Shown here: one piece after another, positions 20,699-30,544 of the stretch | Position numbering within the stretch: position 1 is the first letter of the stretch | How the letters are laid out: every line of letters starts with the position of its first letter | IMG/VR virus record: IMGVR_UViG_3300043788_000023 | Coordinates: 96,001-160,000 of that record | Reading direction: 5' to 3' (one strand) | DNA length: 64,000 nt | Origin: a virus | Notes under the pieces: generated by a model | The model's database searches: none | What the model saw: only the letters and a program-made list of their open reading frames with translations | What the model was told of the DNA's origin: nothing | Translations under genes and position numbers: made by a program

Positions 20699-20938
20699 TC
20701 ACTTCAGTTCTCCGGCTGCGAAGGCTTTCTCAAGCTCGGCGCTGACGATGGGGTTGTCCACTCTAAAAACGGCAACAGAGTCCCACTGCTCTTGGAGCTT
20801 CTTGGCGTACCCACGATCACTTTCTGAAAGAGCGGTGTTGTACTTCAGGTTGAAAAGGAAGTTCGCCATCTTCGCGCCAATGAAGTCGGCGCGGGTAACC
20901 GGACGGCGTGTCTCAGCCTTTTTCTTAGCCTTCGCCAT
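20699..20938 (-). CDS. Hypothetical protein
   Basis: 79 aa with GAGAGG RBS. Confidence 0.55.
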   Translation of the reverse strand: MAKAKKKAETRRPVTRADFIGAKMANFLFNLKYNTALSESDRGYAKKLQEQWDSVAVFRVDNPIVSAELEKAFAAGELK

Positions 20939-20951
20939 CTTGACCTCTCAC

Positions 20952-22988
20952 TTACTTAGATGCGGCGGTCTTGGGTAAAGCGTCAATTTCTTTCAGGAAT
21001 CTGGAGGGGGCTACCCGCTGGACGTTGGCGCTGCCTTGGACGGGCACCTTCTCCGGTAGGCACAATACTAGCGCATCCTTGGCACGGGTGCAAGCTACAT
21101 AAAACAAACGCCTTTCCTCCTCTATTTCCTCGTCGGAACCCATGGAGAACCTGTTGGGGAGGCTGCCCTCGTACACGTTGGTGACGTACACCCGCTTCCA
21201 TTCCAGCCCCTTCGCGGAGTGGATCGTGCTGATGGTCACGGAGCCTTGGCGCAACTCCTCCATCTTGCGGTCGTACTGCATCTGGGTAAGCTCCCCGGTC
21301 GCAAGCTGGCGGTCGTACATGATCTTCTCAGTCTCGTCGCCCTTGGTGCGGTCAAGCGCCATCTGGAAAATCAGGTCTTCCAGCGTCATGTTGGCGTCAA
21401 TGGTGAGGGACTGAACCATGAGAATGAAGCGTTCGATGTTCTCCAGCTTGGTCTTCACCTTGTCCGGGTCTTTCTTGTACTTTTCCTTCTGGTACTTGCG
21501 GTAGTCAAACAGGGCGAGCAGCTTCTCAACGGCGGTGAGAGGCATGTCCTTGAATTCGGTGACCATGTCAACGATGCCGATGAGATTGTGCAACCGTTCG
21601 TTTTCTTTCGCGGCCTCCAACAGGTCACCGTCAAACCGCTGGTTCGCGTCAATCCTCAGCTTGTTGAGCGCAACCTCGCCCACGCCACAGCGGGGCACGC
21701 CGCAGCAGCGCATGAACGCAGTGAAGTCCTTGCGGTTGCATACCAACCGAAGATAGCCAAGGATGTCCTTCACCTCCTCGGTCTGGAGCAAGCCACGTCC
21801 GCCACGCACGATGTACGGGATACGCCGACGCACAAGCTCACCCTCTAGGTCACGCACCTGCATACCGCTGCGCACGAGGATGGCATTTTCTTTGAACAGA
21901 ATCGGGTCTTGTTTACGTGAAGCATCATTCTTGATCTGCTGGGCGATGATCTCGGCGCAGTTCTGGGGCAGGCTGGCACGGAACAGTCGCCAGTCCCCTT
22001 CCTCCTCACGGAACACGTCCATTTGAAGAGGGATGGTTTCAGTCATCGTCTTTTGAATCTTGTTGGCGAGATGCACGATCAATTTCTTGCTACGGTGATT
22101 CCGCTTGATGCGGTGCATGGTGGGCGTCGTATCACGCCAGTTCTCGCTGTAGTCCTTCAGGATTTTCGGCACGGCTCCGTTGAAGCCGTAGATGGACTGA
22201 CCCATGTCCCCGACGACGTACAGGTTCATGTTCTCCGGTGCGAGGAGACCGTTGACGAATTCCCACTGCACCGGGTTCGTGTCCTGTGCCTCGTCCATGA
22301 GGACGTGATCAAATTGCTTTTGAAGGACTGCCTTCCACTGTGGGTCGTTGCGCATCCTGCGGACGACGAGGTGGAGCATGTCGTCAAAGTCAACCACGGA
22401 GTTCTTGCGCTTCTCGTCCTCAAAAAGCTCCCAGAGGTCAAGGTACTCCTCGGTCATTGCATGATACCCGGAGTGCTGCTCAAGCGCCTTCTCATGGACA
22501 GCGTCGGTGTAATCGTCACGGAAACCCACGCCACGAGCACGATGGAAGCCGATCTTCTCCAGAACGGAGTAGGTGTAGCCGTTGCCCCGAGGTTCGCTGC
22601 GCCCGTGCTTCTCGTCGTAGCGTTCAATGATCTTCTTCATCAACTGCGATTGGTCGTATTCGTCAAGCGGTGTAACGTGCTGCTGAAGACCGAATGCTTT
22701 GGGGTTCTTGCGGATGCCGGACAGTGCGAGGGAGTGGATCGTGGAGACACGAGGCTCCTTGTCCATGGGCGTGTCAAGACCCAAGCCAAGGCGATCCTTG
22801 AGTTCTCCCGCGGCCTTATTGGTGAACGTGATGGCACAGATGCGACGGGGCTGCACGCCCTGCTCCATAAGCCAGCGGACACGCTCAGTGAGCACACGAG
22901 TCTTACCAGAGCCAGCGCCAGCGATTAGAACGGCAGGCTTACCTACCGGATGCTGTACGGCGGCTGTTTGCTCTTCGTTTAGCTGCAC
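20952..22988 (-). CDS. UvrD/PcrA/Rep SF1A helicase
   Basis: LNEEQ Q-motif, AGAGSGKT, DEAQDTN, VGDMGQSIYGF, STIHSAKGLEW, EERRLFYVACTRAK; GTG start. Confidence 0.95.
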   Translation of the reverse strand: MQLNEEQTAAVQHPVGKPAVLIAGAGSGKTRVLTERVRWLMEQGVQPRRICAITFTNKAAGELKDRLGLGLDTPMDKEPRVSTIHSLALSGIRKNPKAFGLQQHVTPLDEYDQSQLMKKIIERYDEKHGRSEPRGNGYTYSVLEKIGFHRARGVGFRDDYTDAVHEKALEQHSGYHAMTEEYLDLWELFEDEKRKNSVVDFDDMLHLVVRRMRNDPQWKAVLQKQFDHVLMDEAQDTNPVQWEFVNGLLAPENMNLYVVGDMGQSIYGFNGAVPKILKDYSENWRDTTPTMHRIKRNHRSKKLIVHLANKIQKTMTETIPLQMDVFREEEGDWRLFRASLPQNCAEIIAQQIKNDASRKQDPILFKENAILVRSGMQVRDLEGELVRRRIPYIVRGGRGLLQTEEVKDILGYLRLVCNRKDFTAFMRCCGVPRCGVGEVALNKLRIDANQRFDGDLLEAAKENERLHNLIGIVDMVTEFKDMPLTAVEKLLALFDYRKYQKEKYKKDPDKVKTKLENIERFILMVQSLTIDANMTLEDLIFQMALDRTKGDETEKIMYDRQLATGELTQMQYDRKMEELRQGSVTISTIHSAKGLEWKRVYVTNVYEGSLPNRFSMGSDEEIEEERRLFYVACTRAKDALVLCLPEKVPVQGSANVQRVAPSRFLKEIDALPKTAASK

Positions 22989-23745
22989 GCTTTTTCCCTT
23001 CAAACCTAGCAACGAGGGCGGTTGCATTGTCGCCCGTAGGCATTGCCACAGCACGGTCAACGATGGCTTGCGCCTCAGCGCCTTCCTCAACCAGCTTGAC
23101 TATGCTCTCTGCTGCCACGGCAAAATTGTAGTGGCTGGGATCAAATACGCCGTCCGTCGCTACGATTACGAAGCTGTCTTGGTTGACCTTTACGGTATAG
23201 ATGTCAGGCACACGTGACAGCACACGGTTCAAGTGGTAGTTGCCGAGAGCACGTGCCATCTGCAACCCACCGCCGCTGAAGCTTGCGCAAAGGTAGCCGT
23301 TAAGGACGATTCCACCACGCTCCTCCGCTGCCCTGCGCTCTTCGTAATTGGTGCGGACATTGTGCTCGGGTCCGATGTTGATCTTACCCTCGGCGTCCTT
23401 GATGACGATGGGACTGTCTCCCAGAATAGCGCACGTCACCGTGTTGCCCCTGTACGGAATGTACGCGAGGGACAGCGTGGAGCCGGGGTTGAGATGCCTA
23501 GTCAGCGAGTGAAGCTTGTTGATCGCCTTCTTCAGGGCGGTGCGAGGCGTGGCTTTAGGCTCGGTAATCTCGTCGGCGAAAATGCCGGGAAACTTCTCGG
23601 ACGCAAGGTGCGACACTTGCTGACCGCCATGGCCGTCAAACACGCCGATCAGCAGCCCCTTCGGGCAGCTTACGGTGAAAAAGCGGTCTTCCTGATAACC
23701 ACGCAGACCCACGTGGGTCGCAGATGTTGTAGGTTTTATCTTCAT
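22939..23745 (-). CDS. PP2C-family protein phosphatase
   Basis: RGYQEDR, GVFDGHGG, GDS, ATDGVFD and DNAT motifs. Confidence 0.92.
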   Translation of the reverse strand: MKIKPTTSATHVGLRGYQEDRFFTVSCPKGLLIGVFDGHGGQQVSHLASEKFPGIFADEITEPKATPRTALKKAINKLHSLTRHLNPGSTLSLAYIPYRGNTVTCAILGDSPIVIKDAEGKINIGPEHNVRTNYEERRAAEERGGIVLNGYLCASFSGGGLQMARALGNYHLNRVLSRVPDIYTVKVNQDSFVIVATDGVFDPSHYNFAVAAESIVKLVEEGAEAQAIVDRAVAMPTGDNATALVARFEGKKRAAKRRANSRRTASGR

Positions 23746-24032
23746 ATCATGTACTGCGTGACTTGGATGTTCACGTCCTTGAAAACGATGTCGTAACAGG
23801 GTTCGCACAAAACCGCGGTGTGTATGTCCCCGTCTTTCTGGGAACCATAGCCCCAGCCTTGCTTGAGCAGGAAGTGGTTGGCGAACGAAGGTTCGTGGTA
23901 GATGCTGTACGGCTCGCCCATAGGGTTCCAGCCGCCCTCTACGATCTTCTCAATCTCCACACCGCAGCGGTCGCAGGTGACCTTGTCCAATTCCTTGCGT
24001 TCGGAGTTGACGATTTTGTATGTTAGACCCAT
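23742..24032 (-). CDS. Zn-finger hypothetical protein
   Basis: CDRCG...WGYGS..DG...LCEPC. Confidence 0.6.
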   Translation of the reverse strand: MGLTYKIVNSERKELDKVTCDRCGVEIEKIVEGGWNPMGEPYSIYHEPSFANHFLLKQGWGYGSQKDGDIHTAVLCEPCYDIVFKDVNIQVTQYMI

Positions 24033-24046
24033 GCAGACTAATACTG

Positions 24047-24083
24047 CAAAAAGAAAAGCCCCGGCTTTTGAGACCGGGGCTTC
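24047..24083 (-). terminator. Intrinsic terminator
   Basis: AAGCCCCGG/CCGGGGCTT stem followed by a U-tract. Confidence 0.75.
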
Positions 24084-24105
24084 TCCGTGGTGAGGTCTGC
24101 AAACT

Positions 24106-25221
24106 TTAGAAGCCGCTGTCTCCGCCAGAACTGCCGCCGAAACCGCTGTCGCTGGAGCCGCCAAAATCGCTGCTGGGCGGGTCGTAGCTGGGCGTGGATT
24201 CCGGTTCGGAGAAGCTGGTGTCCGGTGCCGACTGCGTAGGCTCTTCCCAAGTTGAGTCGGGAGCCGAGGGCGCAGGCGGGGTGTAGGAGGGCGCTGGTTC
24301 AACGTAAGTCGTCTGCGGTTGTTCATAGACCACAGTCGGGTTGTTCGGACGGCTGAGCATCTCGCCGACCACTAAACCAGAGACGAAGCCATCGCCACTG
24401 CCGGAGTTGTTGTTGATCACGGTCGTGTGCGAAGGCGCTGCCGCTGCGTAGCGGTAGGGGTTGGGCGGTGTGGCGTAAGACGTACGATCCGGCACGGGCG
24501 TGGTGTCGTAGTCGGTTGTCGTGGGTGTGGTCGTTTCCGTTTCCTCAGTCTTCTTGCGGAGGACGAAGTAAAGCACGAGACCGAAGATGCTCAACGTGAG
24601 CAGGACAAGGAAGAAAACCAGGAGTCCAGACGTTCCGCTGTTGTCGGTTTGCTGGGTCTGCACCGGGGCTGTGTTCTGCGCACCTGACGCTGTGTACGTG
24701 CGTGGTTGCCCGGCTGCGCCGGGTCCACGCTGTTGAGCGACGTGGAAAGAAGTCGCCTGCCCGGTCGTGCCCGTCAGAACGGCCGCGAGACCTAGTTCCC
24801 ATTGGCGGTTCTTGAAATACGTGTTGGAAAGCTGGCTGTAAGTGGACGTGATGTCAAACGCACCGTTGTAGTACGAGCCGAGAAACATGTTCTTGGCGCG
24901 GTCGTTCGGCGCAACCATGACCACGAAGAGATTCGCCTTGCGCTGTCCGTTGGTCGTCCAGCTTGGGCAGTTTAACTCAAAGCGCCGTTCCACGTCGGAA
25001 AGGCTGGAGCCATAATTGGCGATTGAATCAACGATGACGACCTTGACGTCTGCGCCTTGATTGATCAGAGTGCGGGCGGCGCTGCCGATGACCTGCGGGT
25101 TGTGGATGACCCCGGCTTGGTCAATGATGGTCGCATTGCATTGAGTCTGGGTTTGGGCTTGAGTCAGCGGGGCAAAGAGTAGAACGAGCGCCGCGACGAG
25201 CAAAGACAATCTTAGGTTCAT
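24106..25221 (-). CDS. TPM-domain membrane protein with Ser/Gly/Pro-rich tail
   Basis: Signal peptide, IIDQAGVI TPM start, one TM helix, DSGFGGSSGGDSGF tail. Confidence 0.75.
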   Translation of the reverse strand: MNLRLSLLVAALVLLFAPLTQAQTQTQCNATIIDQAGVIHNPQVIGSAARTLINQGADVKVVIVDSIANYGSSLSDVERRFELNCPSWTTNGQRKANLFVVMVAPNDRAKNMFLGSYYNGAFDITSTYSQLSNTYFKNRQWELGLAAVLTGTTGQATSFHVAQQRGPGAAGQPRTYTASGAQNTAPVQTQQTDNSGTSGLLVFFLVLLTLSIFGLVLYFVLRKKTEETETTTPTTTDYDTTPVPDRTSYATPPNPYRYAAAAPSHTTVINNNSGSGDGFVSGLVVGEMLSRPNNPTVVYEQPQTTYVEPAPSYTPPAPSAPDSTWEEPTQSAPDTSFSEPESTPSYDPPSSDFGGSSDSGFGGSSGGDSGF

Positions 25222-25276
25222 GGTGATCTCCTGTACTGAAAATACCAGAGCGGGGGAAATTTACAAGGAAGGCCTT

Positions 25277-25307
25277 AAAAAGAAAAAGCCCCGGCGAACC
25301 GGGGCTT
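25277..25307 (-). terminator. Intrinsic terminator
   Basis: AAGCCCCGG-UUCG-containing loop-CCGGGGCTT plus U-tract; same stem as the 24047 terminator. Confidence 0.75.
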
Positions 25308-25322
25308 CCTCCCACTCTAGGA

Positions 25323-26012
25323 TTAGAGGACGAACTTGAGTCCGCCGCCGCCAGTCCACGTGGTTGCACGCAGAATGGACGAGGTAGAACCCGTCAGGTT
25401 GGACGAGAAGGACAAGGTCTGGGTGAAACGGAGGTGCTTGCGAATTCCAGTCTTGCCGAGGATGATCTCGTTGGTCACGTTGAAGGAACGATCTGCCACC
25501 GGGGGATTGATGTTGGTGATGGAAAAGCCACCGGGCAGGATGTAGTTGGCGATGATGCGATCACGGCTGAAGTTGAAGCCGCCGCCGACGAATGGACGGG
25601 CCTGAGCAACGTTCACGCTGGTAAAGAAAGAGCGGACGCCCTCTTCACCTTGCTGAATGGTCGTGAAACCTGTGACTTGGTTGGAGTAGGATGCGCCGCC
25701 GCCGACGAGCACTACCTTGAAAATCTTGAGGTAGCCTGACCCCGTCACCTTGCCCGTGTAGCCGGACGCGGTGCTGAAGCCGTTGGCAAACGATTCCTGA
25801 TAGTTGACATCGAGCAGCAGGTGCTTGGTGCTGGACTCAATACCGACGCCGACGTTGGCGCTCGGGGTGGAAGAGTTCAGGACTGAGCCTGTGCCAGTTC
25901 CGGTGATGCCGATGGTGCCGTAAGGTGCAAAAGCGCCGTTCTGTGCGTGAGCCGGGGCGACGAGCGCCAGAGCCGCGAACAGAGCGATGACTGCTAAGGT
26001 TAGAACCTTCAT
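25323..26012 (-). CDS. Exported protein, probable outer-membrane beta-barrel
   Basis: Signal peptide (AHA-Q); amphipathic strands; C-terminal GGGLKFVL. Confidence 0.6.
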   Translation of the reverse strand: MKVLTLAVIALFAALALVAPAHAQNGAFAPYGTIGITGTGTGSVLNSSTPSANVGVGIESSTKHLLLDVNYQESFANGFSTASGYTGKVTGSGYLKIFKVVLVGGGASYSNQVTGFTTIQQGEEGVRSFFTSVNVAQARPFVGGGFNFSRDRIIANYILPGGFSITNINPPVADRSFNVTNEIILGKTGIRKHLRFTQTLSFSSNLTGSTSSILRATTWTGGGGLKFVL

Positions 26013-26106
26013 TCTGTTTTTCTCCTGTGGGTTTTGCCCAGACCCTATAATACTCGGAAAAGAACGAATGGCGCAAACTTTTTGTAATGATTGTAAAATA
26101 AAGGAC

Positions 26107-27033
26107 TTAGTTGAAGTGGGCGAATAGGAAATTCACCCCGCCGTCGTTGCTGTACACGACACCATGCTTTAGGCTCGCCACTACGATGTGGTTTCGGTCT
26201 GTGGCGATCATGTCATTGACAACCACGACGTTGAGGCTCCGACGCTTCCAAGAGTCCCCGCCGTTGGTGGAAAGGAATACGCCGTCAGTCGTCCCAGCAT
26301 AAATCGTGTTCTTGTCCACTTGGAAAAGAACCTTGGTTCGCCGTGCATCCTTGCTCGTCTTCAGCTTTTTGTACTGCTCACCGTCGTCGCTGCCTTTGTA
26401 TATGCCGGAGCACGCACCGATGTAGACCGTTGAGGGGTCGGTCTTGTCAAGGATGATGGAAAAGAAATCTGAATCGTTGATCAAGCCCTTGTCTATGGGG
26501 TGCCAAGCGGCTCCGCCGTTGTGCGTGACGTAACCCAAGTGCCAAGTCCCTGCAAAAATCTGATTGGGGTAGTTCGGGTCTACAGCTACGCTCTGGACGT
26601 TCTTGATCGTGAAAATTTTGTCCCAAGTCATCCCCTGATCCGTTGAACGATACACGCCGTCCAAACCGCCAGCGATGAGCGTATCCCCGGAGAGTGCCAA
26701 CCCACGGATGCTTTTGTGGAGCGTCAGTTCCCAAGTCTTCCCTTCATCAAGGGAACGGAAGAAGTCGCCCACATTAGGATTGTTCAAATCCCAAGCGGCG
26801 ATGTAGATGCGACCGCCGTCCGTCAGGATGCGGTCAATCACGTACTGGTTGCCGAACGAAACGAAAGCTTGCCACGAAACGCCTTGATCGTGAGAGGTGT
26901 AGAGGATTCCAGCGGAGGTTCCTAGATACAGCACGCCGGGGGCGGCTGCCAAGCTGCGGGCCTCTATGTATGGCATAGAGACCCGCGCCGGGACAAGGAA
27001 GAATACTACGAGTGCGAGGAGAAAGGCTCTCAT
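26107..27033 (-). CDS. BNR/Asp-box beta-propeller (VPS10/YCF48-like) exported protein
   Basis: Repeated SxDxGxxW Asp-boxes; signal peptide. Confidence 0.85.
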   Translation of the reverse strand: MRAFLLALVVFFLVPARVSMPYIEARSLAAAPGVLYLGTSAGILYTSHDQGVSWQAFVSFGNQYVIDRILTDGGRIYIAAWDLNNPNVGDFFRSLDEGKTWELTLHKSIRGLALSGDTLIAGGLDGVYRSTDQGMTWDKIFTIKNVQSVAVDPNYPNQIFAGTWHLGYVTHNGGAAWHPIDKGLINDSDFFSIILDKTDPSTVYIGACSGIYKGSDDGEQYKKLKTSKDARRTKVLFQVDKNTIYAGTTDGVFLSTNGGDSWKRRSLNVVVVNDMIATDRNHIVVASLKHGVVYSNDGGVNFLFAHFN

Positions 27034-27509
27034 TGCTCCCGAATCGTGACAGTGTTGCCCGTGGTCGCATCGGCAGTTACGCTGATGCGGGAAGGAGCAA
27101 TTCCGAACTTGGATTCACCGCTGGTGAGATAGCGACGAACGCCCTGAACGTTCTTGGCACTTCCACGAACCACGACTGTCTTGGTGGGATTGCTCTGCAA
27201 CCACAACGCCACAGTGTCAAGCGATGCTTTGCAGAGGTTGGTGACCACAGCCTTGGCTCCGAACTGGCACGATGCGTCAAACGTCGGCACAGTTGCAGGT
27301 GTGGGTGTAACCGGAACCGGAGTCGGAACCGGGGTGGGTGCCGTAACCGTCACCACTGCCGGGGGCACTGGTGTTGGAGGAGGCGGCACTGGTGTCGGTG
27401 CTATGGTCAGAACCAAAGCTGCCGTGGCAACCACGACGGCGGTAATGAAAGGTCGCCGTGCCGCCAAGTGGAGAACGCCTGAAATACTTCCCGATGGAGA
27501 ACCGTACAT
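27030..27509 (-). CDS. Membrane-anchored OmpA-C-like protein
   Basis: TM helix, Pro/Thr linker, CKASLDTVALWLQSNP...GIAPSRISV. Confidence 0.6.
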   Translation of the reverse strand: MYGSPSGSISGVLHLAARRPFITAVVVATAALVLTIAPTPVPPPPTPVPPAVVTVTAPTPVPTPVPVTPTPATVPTFDASCQFGAKAVVTNLCKASLDTVALWLQSNPTKTVVVRGSAKNVQGVRRYLTSGESKFGIAPSRISVTADATTGNTVTIREQ

Positions 27510-27510
27510 G

Positions 27511-28392
27511 TTATTGTCGCCCCTTTTTGTTGAAAAGATTCCAATCAAATGATGTGTTGAAGAAGAAATAAGCACCCGTGGACGAAAGCCCCGAGATGAA
27601 GCGGTTTTCGTGACGTACCGAAGCGCCTATCTCAGTGTACACGCCGTGGATGGGAGCAGCAAGCTTAATTCCGCCACCGCCCGCAACTTTGTTTTCCCAA
27701 TCGTTCCCCTGCGTGTCGCCGACGAATCGGATTTCAGCGTAGGGAATGAGAGCCACGCGACCGAAGCGGTGAGCGATGACGCCCTGTTGGACGTTGCCCA
27801 TGCCGATCACGTTGTTGTGCTCAATGGGTTCGATGTTGCCCGCTTCAAACCACGCAGAACCGGGGAAGCGGCTCTTCGGGTCAGCCATGGGCTGCCAGCC
27901 GAACCAGCCGTTGACGAAGCCTGTTGCTCCGCCGCGCTGCGTTGGCAGGTTGTAGGTGCCGTTGACCAGAGTCGGGCTGAGGAACTGTCCGGTTCCGACG
28001 TAGCGATCTTCGTACTGGTAGCCACCGCTGACGCTGATGACTCCATGCCGGAAGAACTTGTTGATCTTCGCTCCACCGAACGGCAGGACCATGTTGTTCC
28101 ACGGGTAGCCGTAGGTGTCGTTGCCCAGCGAAACGCTGGCGTATGGGGTGAATGTGACGGAGCCTTTGGCGGTGCTAAACAGCGTTACGCCCTGCTCCAC
28201 GTAGATTTCGGATTGAATGTTGCCATGCTCGACCGGGCTTGAGTCGCCGACTGACGTCCAAGCCTGACCGGGAAAGGCGGAAACTTGCAGCGTGCTGCCC
28301 TTGGCAGCGGGGATCGGGCCGTCCTGCGCGAAAGCCGCTGAGGCTACCGTCAGGGTTAAAGCTAGGAACAGTGCTGAGAGTACGTTTTTCAT
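27511..28392 (-). CDS. Outer-membrane beta-barrel protein with internal duplication (candidate glycan export pore)
   Basis: Signal peptide; two repeats of FPGxAW...PxEHxN...QG...PYA....D..G..WxN. Confidence 0.6.
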   Translation of the reverse strand: MKNVLSALFLALTLTVASAAFAQDGPIPAAKGSTLQVSAFPGQAWTSVGDSSPVEHGNIQSEIYVEQGVTLFSTAKGSVTFTPYASVSLGNDTYGYPWNNMVLPFGGAKINKFFRHGVISVSGGYQYEDRYVGTGQFLSPTLVNGTYNLPTQRGGATGFVNGWFGWQPMADPKSRFPGSAWFEAGNIEPIEHNNVIGMGNVQQGVIAHRFGRVALIPYAEIRFVGDTQGNDWENKVAGGGGIKLAAPIHGVYTEIGASVRHENRFISGLSSTGAYFFFNTSFDWNLFNKKGRQ

Positions 28393-28479
28393 AAATCTCC
28401 TTGTTCCCCTTTGATGCTGTGAACATCGGGCGGGGTGCGCCCTTTTTGAAAAAAGTGCTTGGTGCCAGTAATTTTTACC

Positions 28480-29544
28480 TTAGTACCTCTTTACAGAGAA
28501 CCACGCTTCTGCGTGTTTGCGGGCGACGATGGTCTTCCAAAAACTGGTGAAGAGTACACCACAGTCCACAAAACGCATTACCACATACGCAGGGGACGCA
28601 AGTATCACATCCATCCTACGCTCGCTGATGCCGCAAAACACGGCAAGCGCGAATGTAATGAGGAAGTCGCAGCCTGTGAGCCACAGCATCCTCATCGGAT
28701 ATTTGAGCAGGAAGTACGGGAATAAACAGAGCATTACCCCGAAGAACATGCCCTCGCCCATGAGCAGCTTCCACTCAAGGTCAAGTCTTTTCCAGCCAGT
28801 AAAAATGTTGTACTTCAGACCAATCTGCCAAGTGCCAGTATACCACCGATTCATCTGTTTTACATAGTCCGTCAGCGTGCGTGGGTCCTGCGTGTAGACC
28901 TCGGCCTTCGGTCGGTACACGATCTTGCCCATATTTTGGCGGTGGACTTGGAGGGTCACGTCCATGTCTTCGACCAGCGTGTCACGGTTCCAGTCCAGCT
29001 TGGCGAACACGTCGGAGCGATAGCTGGCGGCGCATCCTGGTGCTACGTTGATCACGCCCATGTTGCTCTGCGCCTCGCGGTAGATGAAGTGCGTCACGAA
29101 GTAGCCGAAGCAGCGGTAGGCCGTGAGCCAGTTGTACGGCACACTCTTCGCCCTGCCGCACACGAGGGCGACATCCTTCCGTCCGTAGAAGCCTTTGCGG
29201 ACCTCCCGGTAGTATTCCTCGTTGACCATCGTGTCGGCGTCCATCAGCGTGATGATGTCGTAGCGCTTGATTAGGTCAAAGTGGCTACAGGCACGGGCGA
29301 TGGCGTTTGCCTTGCCGACGTTCTTCTCGTTGCGGAGCACGTTCACGCCGAACGACGCTGCGATCTCCCCGGTGCCGTCCGTGGAGCCGTCGTCAATCAC
29401 GTACACGTCAGACGACAGCATCCGGGCGTTCAAGATGCTCTTCACTGTGCGGGCGATCACCCTTGCCTCATTCATGGCGGGAACAATGACACAAAGCCTC
29501 AAGTCGGGACTCCTCAGTTCTGTTCTCAGGTCTTCGCTAATCAC
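28480..29544 (-). CDS. Processive GT2 glycosyltransferase (PgaC/CslA-like)
   Basis: DDGSTD, DADT, TLVED and QMNRW (QxxRW) motifs; C-terminal TM helices. Confidence 0.9.
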   Translation of the reverse strand: MISEDLRTELRSPDLRLCVIVPAMNEARVIARTVKSILNARMLSSDVYVIDDGSTDGTGEIAASFGVNVLRNEKNVGKANAIARACSHFDLIKRYDIITLMDADTMVNEEYYREVRKGFYGRKDVALVCGRAKSVPYNWLTAYRCFGYFVTHFIYREAQSNMGVINVAPGCAASYRSDVFAKLDWNRDTLVEDMDVTLQVHRQNMGKIVYRPKAEVYTQDPRTLTDYVKQMNRWYTGTWQIGLKYNIFTGWKRLDLEWKLLMGEGMFFGVMLCLFPYFLLKYPMRMLWLTGCDFLITFALAVFCGISERRMDVILASPAYVVMRFVDCGVLFTSFWKTIVARKHAEAWFSVKRY

Positions 29545-30500
29545 CGAGCCACGACCGTCAACGCTCTGGCATCAAACGCGACGTTGTACACACCATCTTC
29601 GGATTCAAGCTTGACTCCCTGCTGGAAAAGGTTGACGTTATCCGGTGCAGTGATGCGCAGCGTTACGCCGTCAGGAAACGCTGGTGGTACTTCCCATGAG
29701 TAAGTCACGCCGTGCGTGTCCGTCCCCTGCTTCGCATGTTCAAATGCTTCCTGCGCCCGGAGGTAAGCTGCAACGGTTCCGAACGGTGCGATCCACAGCC
29801 CTTTATCTTCCTGCGTCTTCATGTAGTCAAGCATCCCGGTGAATGTCTCAACCGGAATAGGTTCCCAACCGCTTTTCTCATCACCGATTCCGTGAATCTG
29901 GAGCACAGTCCAAGCGTTCTTGGACATGTCGGTATCCACCCAGCTTTTGTACGTGTCAAGCGTAGTCGCTGTCATGGTGACCTGCGACGGGATGTTGTAG
30001 AAGTCTGTGTTGTCTGCGGGCACGACGTAGAAGTTGTCAGACCATCCGGCACGAGCGGCGAAGTGGAATGACTTCACCCAGCCGTCCAGCCCCGGTGACG
30101 TCTCGCCGTATGGGTAAGCGAAAGTGTAAGTGCGCAGACCCATGTTGTCCATCAGGAAATGCACCGAGTCCTCAATCTGCTCCTCTGTGTTCTCGGCATC
30201 AAGCAGATTCGGGTGCTCGTGAGTCATGGTGTGGCTGCCGATTTCCTCTCCGTTCGTCGCAGCTTTTTCCCAATCCTTGAAGCGGGACAGTTTGGAGATC
30301 AGGAGGTAGAAGGTGCCACGCATGTCACGCTTTTCAAGCTCCGGCACGGCGATGTCAAGCTGGCACGGGCGGGCGTCGTCAAACGTGAGCGACACGGCGG
30401 CCGTGTGATTGTCCCACGGAAGGACTTTCAGCGTCGGCGCAGTTTGAGCTTGTGCCGAGACACACATCAGGGTCAGAAACAGCACTGCAAATAGTCTCAT
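29541..30500 (-). CDS. Polysaccharide deacetylase (CE4), exported
   Basis: SLTFDD, EIGSHTMTH and FAYPYG motifs; signal peptide. Confidence 0.9.
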   Translation of the reverse strand: MRLFAVLFLTLMCVSAQAQTAPTLKVLPWDNHTAAVSLTFDDARPCQLDIAVPELEKRDMRGTFYLLISKLSRFKDWEKAATNGEEIGSHTMTHEHPNLLDAENTEEQIEDSVHFLMDNMGLRTYTFAYPYGETSPGLDGWVKSFHFAARAGWSDNFYVVPADNTDFYNIPSQVTMTATTLDTYKSWVDTDMSKNAWTVLQIHGIGDEKSGWEPIPVETFTGMLDYMKTQEDKGLWIAPFGTVAAYLRAQEAFEHAKQGTDTHGVTYSWEVPPAFPDGVTLRITAPDNVNLFQQGVKLESEDGVYNVAFDARALTVVAR

Positions 30501-30544
30501 ACCAATAGTATACAGCCGAGTGTGCAAGTTTGGCTGGGTCATCG